A stretch of DNA of 58,258 nucleotides, filler included, from Sphacelaria rigidula (GCA_964200075.2; 9 parts of 9 records of this genome joined end to end with filler, not necessarily neighbours in it), one strand, 5' to 3'. Counted from the first letter of the whole stretch, positions 25,839 through 38,906 are shown. Program-made: numbers and translations. The notes: generated from the sequence alone by a model not told the origin.

Positions 25839-25938
25839 NNNNNNNNNNNNNNNNNNNNNNNNNNNNNNNNNNNNNNNNNNNNTTAATTAATTAANNNNNN
25901 NNNNNNNNNNNNNNNNNNNNNNNNNNNNNNNNNNNNNN
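25839..25938. other. Artificial scaffold spacer
   Basis: N44-TTAATTAATTAA-N44. Confidence 0.99.
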
Positions 25939-26101
25939 GTAGGGATGCGATGTCAATGCTTCCATGACTATGGCATGCAAGATAACGAATATCCCCATGG
26001 ATACCCCATGAGTCCCCCCCCCCCCCCCCCTCCCCCCTACCTCCCTCCTCCCTGCCCCCCGCCCTCTGCCGCCGCACTCCGATCCCGTATCCTTTATGCA
26101 G

Positions 26102-27307
26102 GCGCGTGCGGAGGCCTATCGGGGGAGGGAAGCGTTAATTTAAGTACAGTGCCGCGAGGGACAAAACCCGGCCATATCCCACCAGCAAAGGTTGTAGAGG
26201 AAGCCATTGAGCATGAAGACACGACCGAAGCGGTCACTGCTGCTGTACAGGCCTGTAGCATAGCTGGCACCCCTCAAGAAGCGGCGACGAGGGAGGAATG
26301 CCGCTCGAGTGGTACTGGTGATGACGAAGAAGATGCTCATGGTAGTGGTGGTCATGGACGTGATGGAGTGGTGGGCGGCGGGGACGGAGCAGGAGCTGCT
26401 CGTGAGGGTAGTAGTCGTCGCCGTGTGCACTTCGCTGAGGGCAGCAAGAACAGCAGGAATAGAGGTGGCGGTCACTCCGACGGATCACGAGAGGAGCAAG
26501 AAGGTCGTGATGAAGACAGTGATGATATGTGTGAAGATGATGACGATAGTGATGGCAGTAACGATGATGACGACGGCAGCGACGGCGATGACGTCATGGA
26601 AGAGGGATCAGAGGAGTCGAGTGATGACCTTGACGGTCGTGCTTGGGGAAGACCCGGGGGACGGGAGGGAGTAGCCCGAATCTTGTCCGAGAGGTTCTTG
26701 GCGGGAGAGGAGGAGGGAGTGGACTACCGGGAAGTGGATGGGGACGACAGGTTGGATGATCTTGACCAGCTAGAACGGGATGAGGTGCGCTCATGGCGTG
26801 TTTGTATCTGCGTGTACTTGTCTCTGTGTGTTTGTCTTTCTGTCTCTCCCTGTGTCTGTGTCTGTGTATGTGTATGCGTATGTCTGTGTCCGTCTGTGTC
26901 TATGTCAGTCTATGTGTATGTCTGTGTGTATGTCTGTGTCTGTGTGTGTGTCTCTGCATACTCGGTAATTTGCTGTGACTTGTGCTGGTGCGTTTCGTTT
27001 CAAGCAATTGGGCTGCTGTGATCGACTTATTGTGATGGACTAACAAAATAGTGCAAAAGATCGCAAACAACTCATCTCTCAGTATCGCGTGCAATTAGTT
27101 ATTTCCAAACAACTCATCTCCCAGAATCGTGTGCAATTAGTTGTTTCCAGACAACTTCACACGCGGCCATTCGGCTACCCCCCAAAATACTCTGTTCCGG
27201 TCAACTTTTCGAGCCTCCAGAGGAATTAAACGCCTCCAGACGGTGCGCGGCCCTCCAGAGGGGTGAGATCAAACGCCTTTGTTACTAGCTCTACTGAACA
27301 TGTCGTT

Positions 27308-27352
<45 letters not shown>

Positions 27353-30231
27353 GGTGTTGGTGTTGGTGTTGCTGTTTGCTACGAAAGCAATTACTGGGAG
27401 TTTTCGGGCTGGACAACAACATATATATATATATATATATACTCTTGTTGGACAGGAGTACCGCATCCCGTAGATGTTGTCGTTCTTTCGTTTTGTTTTG
27501 TTTCGTGTTCAACGTTATCCGACTCCATGTAGGGTAGGCGGTGTTCATTGATGTTGTTCATCAGGTACAGTATTCATTTTTTTTTCTTCCTTTGACGATA
27601 TATTTATGTCCTGCAGTAGGTTTATTTAGGCCCCGTACCGTCGAGACAAGGAGGGAAAAAAAATGAGAGTAATATTTTGACGATGAGAATGATTGTGACG
27701 AAAAGCCCATGTGTGGCCACCTTTTTTACATCCTATTTCGCATTCTCATCTGATCGTTCCTCCGTTCTCATTTTTTTTTCAAAATGTTTTAGTCATTTTT
27801 TTCTTCAGAGAATGGAAGAACAATCCGATGAGATTGCAGGTGGGAATCTAAAATGATTGCCACGCGTGAGCTGGAGACGATGATCAACAGTGTTTTCGTG
27901 AGATGGAGAGTAGAGGGTACGATTGAGAGTGAAAAGCGGTCAATTAGTGGATGAATCGTTTCAGTTCTGAAATGCCCCTCCACGAGGCCCAACATGATTT
28001 CCTCAGTAGCTGACCACTGACGCCTTTGATATCCGTGAGTAGGGTATCGACGTATAGCTGTAAGAACACGCAAGTTAAAGAGGCAAAGAAAAGCACGCAC
28101 GGAATGAAAAAATGGCCAAGTTAGAGCGAATGATCAAAGCCACTCTCAATCAGAGCTATACTCTCAATCTCACGAAAACGTTGATCATGATTATGACAAA
28201 CAGCCCATATATGAGGACCTTTTTTACATTCTCCTTTCGTATTCTCGTCTGATCGTTCCTCCGTTCTCACTTTTTTTTTCGATTTTTTTTCAATATATAT
28301 TTTCCCCCAGAGAACGGAGGAACAATCCGATGAGATTGTGAATGGGGATGTAAAATGGTTGTCACGCGTGAGCTGTTCGTTACTGTACTCTCCTCCTCAT
28401 TCAACACAATTTTTTTTTGTTCCTTCACTTTTTTCCTTTCGTACAGACGGGGCCTAATATCGTGTACCTTGTACCTTGATGTGCCTTACACGGCACTTTA
28501 TTGGAGTACCCCAGTCCCCGATTGGCACACGGCGTTCAATTTCGCTGCACATACATCTTGTGTGCGTGTGTCTGTGTGTTGTCATCACCCCATGTATTCT
28601 GGACGCCAGCCTACACCTTGTGGGCGCATCAGCCGGAGTCACGCAGGAAGGAGGTCAACGTAGGAGTTTTTCAAAGTTACGTATTTTATTTGTTGTTATC
28701 GTTCCATCTTCCTTCTCCGGTGCCCGCCTTTTTTTTTTTTTTTCAAATCACGAGAAGGATTCAGCGGTCCCTTCATCATGGCCACGAATAAAATGCGTTG
28801 CCTTTTTCTTCACCACGGTGGGCTCAAACGCTAACCTTCTCATCCTCTCTCCGTCCGCGAAACAGTGTATTGGACTTGACTACAGTACATGTATATACAG
28901 TACCAATGCGACGCGTTGTGTATTTGATTTTTTGTGCCGCGTCTCCCGTGGTGGAGACCCCAAATTATTCGTAGCCCTCAGGCTCACTGCACTTTTTTCA
29001 CCATGTGACCGCCAGAGCGGGTGGGTGACCAACCCGCTGAATCGAGACATAAATTTTCCCTTTTAAAAAAAAATGAATAGTAAATAAATAGTACAAGAAA
29101 CAACAGATAACCTATCCTGGCCTGCCGGTCGAAGGGTTTTTAACCCTCTGGGAACTAGCCCCCCAGAGGGTGCTGATTTTTGCTTTTGTGAATCGGCATC
29201 ATTTTCACTCATGTTCAAGTCAAGATGATGCCGATTCACAAAGATTCACACAACAAAAATCAGCACTTTAGTTCCCAAAGGGTTAAAAGAGGCAGGTATT
29301 GTAGACCATGAGGGTGGTGTACGTGTGTGTGTCTTTTTTTGTCCTTTCTTCAACTGAGATACTGTATCTTCTTCAAGCTTTGTCGGGGGGCTGCTCACTT
29401 GTAAGATCGGATCGCAGGCTACAATTATATTTTATCACGTTTTTCCCCTACATTCATTAATAACCGGCCGAGTCTGGAATGGATAGATGTCGCGATAGCC
29501 TCCCCCCCCCCACCCCCCTAGAAAGGTGGCTGGTTTAAGGAGACAAAATGTACATGCGAATCAAAATGACAAAAGCCGAGCGCACCGAAGCAGCTGGGAA
29601 CTACCACGGTTGAAATCGTTCTCGATGTCGCCCATATGAGGCGCTTCATTCAGCCTGGAAACAGCTATCATATACTGTGTGGCCATTTTTTTCGTGGGAG
29701 TTATGGGGCTGGTTTGGCGGGGGGTATACTCATGATCTTGCATGCCGTAGTCATAATAGAACCACTGACCTCGCATCCCTATAAAGCCGGGACGGAGCAC
29801 GCCGGGTTTTTGCCGGACCAGGCTCACAATCAACCGCCAAGCGCGACGCGCCGCGATGTGTTCGGCGAGTCGCACAGAGGTTGAGCTGCATCCTGCTAAG
29901 ATTGTTCGACTCGAATCGTACTGATTATCTTGCACATTGTTTGGGGGACGTACTCCTTTGTTGCTTTGCCTTAGTTGTTCGACCATTGACCACGCACCCC
30001 TTTCGAGACGGAGCACATGGTTTGAGGGGGGGGGTGGTGCTATCGCGGCATCACTCAACGTACCCGCGTGTAATTTTCTATTCACCCATGCTCCCATATC
30101 TCCGCCCCCCCCCGCCCCCGATGGTTACTCATCTGTCACCCCGCTTGTCGTGGCCGTGTACTGGTACTGGTGCTGGTACATCGCAGCAAGATCGGTGGTT
30201 CCGGAGCGAAGATTACGAAGATAACCATTGA
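26102..30231 (+). CDS. CCDC97: Coiled-coil domain-containing protein 97-like (DUF2052), last two exons: 26102-26784 and 30187-30231
   Basis: An acidic tract is followed by [49 protein letters not shown], which matches the CCDC97 C-terminal pattern RFLxGxD..DYxxVD...DD....ERD.EExYF. Phase-0 GT-AG intron at 26785-30186. Confidence 0.85.
27158..27262 (+). mobile_element. Truncated end of CACAC-terminated (CMC/CACTA-like) element
   Basis: Starts CACACGCGGCCATTCGGCTACCC, identical to 56383, followed by CCTCCAGAG(GG) subterminal repeats. Confidence 0.7.
27305..27441. repeat. (GTT)n and (AT)n microsatellites
   Basis: Direct reading; source of the spurious poly-V/L/Q/N ORFs. Confidence 0.95.
27690..28375. 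repeat. Repeat element with internal direct duplication
   Basis: 27690-27880 matches 28190-28375; the middle 27895-28175 is the reverse complement of 31127-31425. Confidence 0.8.
28560..28775 (-). mobile_element. 5'-truncated copy of the tRNA-derived SINE
   Basis: Reverse complement resembles about 20145-20355. Confidence 0.7.
29144..29282. mobile_element. piggyBac-like palindromic MITE
   Basis: TTAA|CCCT.TGGGAACTA...TAGTTCCCAAAGGG|TTAA; almost entirely self-complementary; related copy at 46474-46591. Confidence 0.85.
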
Positions 30232-31126
30232 CGCGATGGAAAGCCAGCCATGGGGGACGGACCGTGCGCCGGTTGGATGTCGAAGATGCCAAGAAAGGAC
30301 GCGACCGCGGCCTCTGTTCTCGGCAGGCGGACTCCTTCCCCCGCCGCCCCGCGTAGTCTCTTGTTGTCGGTAGGATATGGTATGAAAGGTGCAGCGTTGA
30401 ATCGTTGAAAAACAGAAGCGTTTACTTATTTGCCCGTCTCTTGCGATCCATAAAATCGAATTGTTGTGGTGAAATGTTTTTGTTCGGCGCACCAGTTTAA
30501 AAAAGCCGTTTCGACATACATACTGGACAAGGGTAGGGGCATAAGTTCCCCCCCCCCCCCCCCCCCCCCCCCCCCCACCCTACATCTCCATCTCTCTCAA
30601 CAAAAAATAATTAAGATGTTGNNNNNNNNNNTTTTTTTCGCCGCCCCCGTTAAAAAAAACCGTTTTTACAAAAAAATCGGACAAGGGGGGGGGGAAAAAT
30701 CCCCCCCCCCCCCCCCCCCCTCCATTTTCCCCCTTTCGCCTCTCCTTCCAGAAAGAAGAATGTGTTCTTTATTCGTGGAGTCGCTGGAGGTATCTGGCTT
30801 ATCCCTTTTGTTTTTGTCCCGTCATCAGAAAAAAAGCGATTTTGTTTTGTTCGTAACTGTACAAATAATAGTGTGTACACAACTCTGTTTGAGAAAGTTT
30901 TTCTTTCCTTCTTCCTGTCTGCGTAGGGATCGTAGGAGTGACAGCATGACCAGGAAATACCGATACAGTGGACGTTGAAGCCGAAAATCATTTGTGCCAT
31001 GGATACCCTTCTTTCACTGCATACATTCTCGGCAGTAAGAGGTACTGGTGAGGAAAAGGGCAGGAAGGTCATTCTCCACGGAAAGAGGTGGTCACCTGTA
31101 GACGGACCACGTTAGCCGCCGAAAAG

Positions 31127-31425
31127 AACGTTTTCGTGAGATTGAGAGTAGAGCACTGATTGAGAGTGGCTTTGATCATTCGCTTTAACTTAGCCAATTT
31201 TTCACCCCGTGCATGCTCTTTTTTGTCTCCATCACTGGCGTGTGCTTACAGCTATACGTCGATATCCTACTCGGGGATATCAATGGCCGCAGCGGCGAGC
31301 TACTACAAAAATTATGTCGGGCCTCGCGGGGGGGCATTTCGGAACTGAAACGATTCATTCACTAGTTGACTGCCTTTCACTCTCAATCGTATCCTCTACT
31401 CTCACTATCATGAAAGCATTTTTCG
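31127..31425. repeat. Inverted copy of 27895-28175
   Basis: For example TTTTCGTGAGATTGAGAGTA.AGC.CTGATTGAGAGTGGCTTTGATCATTCGCT is the reverse complement of 28118-28178. Confidence 0.85.
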
Positions 31426-32322
31426 TAGCAAGCTAGCTGCTTGAGTGGTGGGGGAAAACCTTTCGTGGAAGCTGTGTAGTGGGCCGATGTTGCTAAACCC
31501 GGAGAACTTGCTTTCCTACGGATCATGAGCTGGGAAAAGAAGCTGCTTCTGCTGTTTATACGGTGGTGCCTTCTTCGGCTGGAATGTCGGATAAGATTAG
31601 GGCTTTCCTGACTACGGTACGTGAATTTTCGTCGTTTTTTCATTTCTACCCTCATGACTTTTAACGTCGAACCACCCATTATCCATCGTTTAGAAAGCAA
31701 CAAGGAACGTGCCTAGAGATCTTCAGTTTGACGTCGCTTGCCTACTTCTCGCGATGCCCAGCATACCGTTGGCTTGCCGCTTATTTTCCCACCCAACTGT
31801 CTCTGTATACTGTCTTCCCCTTGTCCAAAAACAAAAAATAAACCAAACAACCATGATCTAAACATTTATTTTTTAATTTATCTGTAATTCTTCAAGCAAG
31901 TCTTCGCACAAGAAACGGCGCGCCGATCTCAGAGAAACACGGAAGAAGTATTTGGGAAAGTAATTGCGTTCTCTCTCGGATATTGTCTCGTCTGTGCGCG
32001 CGTCACATCATACATACAACAAGGTACTATTATAAGCTAGTGCGGTAAAGCCTGTCATGAGCAAACGATGAGATTGAGAACTACGGGATATTATGCCGTC
32101 TTATCTCGGGGTGGCTTACTACTGTACACCCGAGCCGAACGAAAACGCTCTTCATTTTTTTGTACTGGTTGACTCTTCGACCGCGACGCAGCACAGTACA
32201 TTTTAGGGGCCTTACCGATGAGACAATTTCATCATTTGAAACAAGAATGTTCTCCGATTTTTTTCCCTCCCTTTCCCCCCGCCGCCGGACGCGTCGTGTC
32301 TTCTGTCAGAGCGAGGTGTAGC

Positions 32323-32422
32323 NNNNNNNNNNNNNNNNNNNNNNNNNNNNNNNNNNNNNNNNNNNNTTAATTAATTAANNNNNNNNNNNNNNNNNNNNNN
32401 NNNNNNNNNNNNNNNNNNNNNN
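32323..32422. other. Artificial scaffold spacer
   Basis: N44-TTAATTAATTAA-N44. Confidence 0.99.
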
Positions 32423-32684
32423 CCATATGGTTCCGTGGGGACCCGATGGCCATTGACATGCCGTAAGGAGCATATGTTGAAACAGATGTTTCGTATGTTT
32501 TCAAGTTCAAGCCCAGGATAAATCAAGCCGTCCATCACGGCAGACACACTCTATTTTTTTACTCAACGTGTAAGACTCAGATAGGCTAGGACAATCCGAG
32601 TCAACGTAGAACTCCAACCCCAGAGACCTGTTTGGTCGTCCTTGTCTCCGAAGGTTTTCACGGCCATTCCTCACTATCGCGCAC

Positions 32685-32862
32685 CTGGAATATGTGGAAC
32701 GTGCTGACTAGCACGAGGAGCAAGCCCGTGCGGATCACAGTGCCTCTGAAGGCCGCAAAGAGGGCGCGAAGTAAGGTGAGGCCTTTTCGCCTCCCCTGTA
32801 CCCCTGCCTCCGCAGCGGTACCACCTTGCTCGGCGTTTCTGTCTCCGAGTTTCGCCCTCTCC
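32685..32862 (-). CDS. Internal exon of an ABCC/MRP-type ABC transporter (entry to TMD1)
   Basis: ttgtttcgccag| ERAKLGDRNAEQGGTAAEAGVQGRRKGLTLLRALFAAFRGTVIRTGLLLVLVSTFHIFQ |gtgcgc. This resembles the ABCC 'sLlrAL..aF...f...gll.l.....f.qP' segment. The frame is not in the ORF track. Confidence 0.7.
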
Positions 32863-33489
32863 CTGGCGAAACAAAGTGGAAACTAGCTGTCACTTCAGGC
32901 TGGTTTGTCAAGTGACAGATCAAGGGATACTATTGTTTGTCGGGGCGTTGGCTGAACTGCAACGATTTCCATTTAATTTGTCTTGCCATGGATGAAACGG
33001 AAATCAACACATTCAACTGAGCAGACCAAAGCAACACGAGGAAAAAAGACACGGGTTGGAATCGAAATACGTTGTAATACGAGTTAATTCATTGTCGTTC
33101 CTCACGGTCGATAAAACATTGGCCGTAAAAGAACCAGCCACGGAGCACTGTAAACAAGCAGGTCGTTGCTTTTTACTGCTTGATTGCAAACGTTGTGGTT
33201 GTGTCGCTCGATGGCGACTCTCAGCTTTTTCAATAGCAGCAAACAACTAAAGTGCGAGAAAGAACAACGGAAAGAGGAACATAGCATCATGCCGTGCAGA
33301 GAGATGTTGGCAAAGATCGAACAACGTAGTCAACTCGCGTGCTACTTCAATGTTAGATCGCTGAAGTCCCTCTGATCAGCGAATCAATCCGGAAGACGCA
33401 CACTCAACATGGGCGTAAGACTTCAACACGCCCTAGACACGATATTCAGCAGCTACTGGTTCCAAAGCCCTCGGTCAAAACATGATCTG

Positions 33490-33745
33490 GACACTTTCTA
33501 CGATAGTCCCCCCCAAAAAAGTGCATGGTTTTAGAAGGCGAAATCTTCACGTGAATCGAAGTGGGAAAGGCCGAGCACAACGAGAAGCTTAGAATTCCCA
33601 CGCTTGCTTGGGTTCGTTCTAGCCAATGTCGCCAATGTGAGGCGCTTCATGCAGCCTGAACCCAAACATCAGGCGATGTATGGCGATTTGTTTTCGTGAC
33701 ACTTTTGAGCTGGTTGTGGGGGGGGGGGCTTTTGTAGAAAGTGTC
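33490..33745. mobile_element. MITE, second (inverted) copy of the 5549-5797 family
   Basis: GACACTTTCTACGATAG...CTTTTGTAGAAAGTGTC; flanks TCTG/TCTA (near 4-bp TSD); interior is the reverse complement of copy 1. Confidence 0.88.
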
Positions 33746-33959
33746 TCTAAGGGCATATTACTTCATGTGGAATGGTATTATAACATGTGCGCGGAAACAC
33801 GTGCCGCAGCCCATATTAGAGGTACGTGAGATAGTGCGCACACACTTACCAACGACAAAAATGAATGATTCCCCAACGAGGCAACATGTGTTTCGTGGAA
33901 GCGGGAAACGTTCCTAATTGCCCAGCTGAATTACCTTGGGTTCACATATGAGCCATCAT

Positions 33960-36900
33960 ATGTTTGAGATGACGCGTACTGAACAGGACCTGAAAACGTC
34001 GGTGCTTAAAATGCCTTTTGCCGGTGACAGCGAGCATCGGACCGATTGTTGACTGATACGCTGAGAGCTTGCATACGGTAAGCATACGCATTTACATACG
34101 TGCGGAACGGTGGCTTGAACAGCCAGTCGATTTCTTGTTTGAGTACAGGCAGCAGACGCGTGTGCATACGCGCGGAACGGTGGCTTGAACAGCCAGTATA
34201 TTTCTTGTTTGAGTGTAGGCAGTACAATTGTAGAACGGCTACACGACCGGGGTATTGTACGGCAGTACTTCAAGGATTCGCATCGTTTGCGGGTTATCAT
34301 GCCGCCATCCACTACGCATATAGGGGCATACGCTCCGTACCAACCGCATTACTGCATGAAAAGCATCGCACGGACATGACACGCGCGCTGGATATGACAA
34401 AAACACATAACCGCGAAAATTGGCACGGTACGAGAACTAATGAAACACTGGCGGCTCAAGCACTGGCACTGACGATCGTGGCGGATTTGCGTGCAATGCA
34501 CAATGCAGACATTAACGTTTAGAGCTGGTCCTTGTATCCCCAGATGATTATTCACACACTTCCTCTCGATATGCTCTCTGGAGTTTACCGTTCATGGTCT
34601 TCCCTGGCAAAAGAACGACCCTCACCTTTCCCAACACCTCCGGAGTGTGTCGTACAAGTAGCGACTGCAAACACACACATATATATATATATATATATGT
34701 TTATATATCCGTCCCGTTCCAGCCATCGAGATGATCGTGCCGCGTTTATCCAGACCGTTCGCCACAAACGATGATGCGCATTAACACGAAATACGCGAAA
34801 ACCCGTCCACCGGCGCGGTACGTCGTTTGGGTCGACGAACGATGGGCCGAAGGCACACGACAACAGGTAGGGGGAGGGAGGGAAACAGGAGCTCGTCATA
34901 TCAACCAGCGTCACACCGACAACTCTGCGGCATGTTTGCTCATTGGTCAGCCAGGGCTAGCGGCATTCGAGGCTGACTTCGCCCGGCGAAACATAAAACC
35001 AAACCGATTTTGAAAAGCCGCCGGCCGTACAACACAAATATTAGTAGTGGAGGGTACCTCCAGAACCAACGTAGCGTGGAAGATCAGAGCGTAGCGGGAT
35101 CTGAAGTTTGTGTATCGGGAAGAATCGGTACATGATGCAACCGGTTCAGCGGTCGGATTACAGTAAAATGATTCATGGTAGTAGGCATAATGGGATACAC
35201 GTGGGTGATTGGGGCGCCGGCAAAAGATACGCTGTTCCAATACCCCATATAGAACTGCGGCAAAGTAATGTATAGCATCCAGCCATAAGATCGAGCAGCA
35301 CAGCCAGCGTTTCTGTTTGTTCAGCCATGTGGTCAAGCAGCGCACGCAGCGTTGTTGGTTTCGGTGTTTCTGCACGGCAGCACTTCTCTTTAGTACAAAT
35401 AAAATGTGTCTGTCATGTCGGACGCCTTTCACGCATCGTAGCTGTCAGGAAGGGCGTCCGGACGTGGCGCACCAGCAAGCGCCCTTACGAACAGTCAGAG
35501 CCTTAACAGCCCGCAGGACGGCGGTGGACGAGGGCAAGCACAAAATCCCGTAATACATTATCCAAGCGGGGCAGGCGCTCCAGTCAACGTTTAACTGGCC
35601 GTGCAGGACGCCAGCTCCACTTCGCAGAAGCTTGCCTCCCAGATGGACGCACCGCTTCCCATGGCTCAAACCATCGCGGTGCGGGTAACCACGGGCGAGG
35701 ACGAACTTCAACAACCCAAGAGCATGCAACAGCCGAACCCTCCGCCGGAACCATCATCGGCATCAGCTGCGGCTACAGCTGCGGCTACAGTGGCACCCGC
35801 CGGGGTTACATTTTCCTCCCGGCTCCCGCAGTCGATCAGCGTTCTACACTTTTTACTGGGATTGAACGCCACGGCCCCTGCTCCACCAGGGCCGCCCGCG
35901 ATGTCCACAGCGGAGCGGGAAGCGGAAACAGCCGACTCAATTGCGTGGGGAAACTTTGGCTCACATCGGACATGTGTGCTTCTACCGAAGAGGTCGCCAA
36001 TCACCTCACATGAATCTAGGCTACGCTTCGACGAGGAGGGGGGTCTGAAACTGGCATCAACATCAGAGATGTTGAGCACAAATCTCAGAAGAATCGTCCA
36101 TTTACTACTACTCATTATGGGCAAGCAGTCACGACCCCATTCTACGATCGCAGCTACTGATGACACTTGGTAAGGATATGTCGGATATGACAGCCTCAGG
36201 GGTAGGCACGATCTTTTCCTGGCTTGCCGAGCATTTTTTTCAGCGGTCCCACGGCCAAACACGAGGACCCATTAACCGTCCCAGCGGTGACAGAAGGAAA
36301 AATTCTGCACGTCGGTCGCGTCCTCGACGATATTCCCGACACCATACCCGACCTCATCCCACGACAAGCTCTCGCTTCTTCATTCACCTGAGAGGTTGCG
36401 GCGGCGGGCAACCTTTTCCACACGCCGGATAAACGCAAGGGAGGTGAACCAGCCCAACAAGCAATGCAGAAGCAAGCGCTAGTCGAGTCGCGCAGATCAC
36501 AAGAGGAAGACCTGCCATATAATGCGTGGGTGGTGTAGCGGCGCATGCGCAGCTTTCTCCAGCAACAGATATCCGTATTGGGACACCCACCTCGACACGC
36601 GAGGCATCGGCGGGAGGAACGACGGCGGCACGATGGACGCGTGGGCGGCAACAACCACAATAGCGGCGCGCGCGCAAGATGTGGTACACAACCACCGGCC
36701 AACAGCACGGCCATCGTGCCCTTCTTGAGCGGTTGAAACCGTCAATCACAACAGTACCAGCACGGCGCGGGATGGGATGAAGATCAGGCGCTGGCTCAGC
36801 CAACAGCGGAAACGTTTGCACCGGCTGATGGGGACGCGGAGGTGGTGCGGGCAGCGGGCGATGTAAATGGACACGGTTAGGCAATAGGTGCGGGTACGGG

Positions 36901-37440
36901 TTCACGTTGCGGGGCGAACACCGTCACAATTGGTGCTCCAGTCGATCGGCGGACGCCGATTGCCGGCGTTGTGGTCATCTGACGAGTGCGGCGTTACACA
37001 AGCCATAGAGCATGAAGGAGTTTCAGCAGCAAGATCAATACCAGTACGGGCGGTGTTGGATGAGTATTTTCCTGTGTGATATCACAACGCTGCCGCAGGA
37101 CACTTTGAAGCAGCTGCGCGAACATGGTGTTGGTGGGCCTTTTCCTTCAAGCTCGCACAAACTACTATACTGTAGCACGCTCAAACCGTACATGCACGAG
37201 AATGTAAGACAATGACAAAATAAAAACAACGGCGCCATATGACAATGGTTCAAGAACGCAGCACGCAAGCAAATGTTTAGATGTGACCAGATCGAAGGTC
37301 TGTAGCGAACGGCACGGCAGCATACGCGTAAAGTTTAATATCGTCGGCACCGCGCAGCAACAACAAGCAATGGAGATGGCTATACGTTGAAGTTTATGGA
37401 GAGACGTTTCCATAAACGAATACCCCGTACAGTATGTCAT
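33960..37440 (+). pseudogene. Decayed coding-like region with RING-finger-like remnant
   Basis: GC-rich fragmented ORFs (for example 35601-36173). After acceptor ttgttcag|35325 the sequence reads PCGQAAHAA, then a frameshift to CWFRCF...NKMCLSCRTPF, resembling the second half of a RING. Many stops. Confidence 0.35.
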
Positions 37441-37759
37441 CATCATCTCCATATGACCCGGTCCGGGTACTAATTCCGGGCATACCAATGCGGACCGTCA
37501 TTCCCGGCCTGTCACCCTGCGATCGTCGTCCTCCGGTTGTGTGGGGACTCCCACCATTTTCACGACTTTTTTGCCCCGGCTTTACTTTTAGCCGATTTAT
37601 TATAGAAGCCGGGATTCGAACCCGGTACCTGATGTCAATAAAGTGCACGAGTTATCTCATGGTGTCGCCAATGTGAAACGGTGATCCCTCGACGGGCACT
37701 TGTAATATTTTTCCCCTTGAATGTGGTGTTTCCTACACCAGTTGTCACAAATCAAACCG

Positions 37760-38215
37760 GAGAAAGAAATTACGAAATTCAGGATACTGCAGGGAGCGGA
37801 GAGGTTCATGACCTCATGGCACAGGAATGAAGAGGAGGCCAGCCGACTGCGTGCGANNNNNNNNGTCCAGAGAAGTGGGGAGTGGGGGGTGACCCCCCCC
37901 CCCCGATGAGGGGTGTCGTTATGTCATGTAGTTTTCTTGTCTTGATACACCTGGTATGCTTGTACGTACGGCTGTCCCTCGAGAGGCCGCAAGATGGAAC
38001 GCTGCGATTTTTAGTTCTTTAGTTCTTTGGTTGGCGGTATTTGGGGCCTTGAGCCTCGGCCGTAGTCGGACCCTGTGGTCATTTCTACTTGTCGCGCGTC
38101 GAGTTGAAAAAAATCGAGTGCTATCCCCTGAAGTCCGAATGGCCACCTGCGGCACCGGATCTTCTGAGGGTAGCCATATGTACTCCCTTTCTTCTTTATT
38201 ATTCATTCCTGTTTA
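37760..38215 (+). mobile_element. Probable LINE (RTE-like) ORF2 C-terminus and 3' UTR remnant
   Basis: ILQGAERFMTSWHRNEEEASRLRA resembles, from recall, C-terminal ends of algal RTE-type ORF2; no RT core present. Confidence 0.4.
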
Positions 38216-38690
38216 GCTTGTATCGCGTTTCGTGAGTTTTAATCTGGGTCTATTTTGTTTTTCTTGGTTTTTTGTTAGTTCGTGACCACGGAAGGCGTCC
38301 GCATCAGATGCCCAATACGAATGTACCACGCAGATATCGGAACGGTTTTTTAATGTGAAGACAACAGCAACAACAGCAACAACAACAACAACTAAACCAA
38401 TCAAAGCGGACGTATCTATAACTCTGAACAGATTTTGAGTGTCCGGATTTGTATAGGAAAGTGTTGCCTTTGGGGCCGGAATAGCAACTTTTGAGCGGTG
38501 GATGGGACTGGCTCAAACCCAAGGAATGGATTCCCGGTCGGTGGCAAGTCACGCGAATACGCGGCACGATTGGTGCGAGGCGCTGGAACAGCTGAACTTA
38601 GCCATGTTAGATCATGTACAGTACGACGTAAATTCATGTGCACGCAAGCTAACGGACATTACATCAGCTCTCTTTTTCATGCATAGGGGG

Positions 38691-38721
<31 letters not shown>

Positions 38722-38806
38722 TGCAGCACGCATGCTTAGGGGTGTACTCATGATCATGCATCCCATAGTCATAACACCATTGACCTCGCATCCCTACAAA
38801 GCCCGG

Positions 38807-38906
38807 NNNNNNNNNNNNNNNNNNNNNNNNNNNNNNNNNNNNNNNNNNNNTTAATTAATTAANNNNNNNNNNNNNNNNNNNNNNNNNNNNNNNNNNNNNN
38901 NNNNNN
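38807..38906. other. Artificial scaffold spacer
   Basis: N44-TTAATTAATTAA-N44. Confidence 0.99.

Noticed and set aside
26785..27548. Cys/Val-rich, poly-V, poly-L and poly-Q ORFs
   Set aside because: Translations of intronic (TG)-rich and (GTT)n microsatellites.
30478..30722. Tandem duplication around the 10-N gap
   Set aside because: The second copy is a homopolymer-smeared version of the first next to poly-C, typical of read-quality decay and scaffolding overlap.
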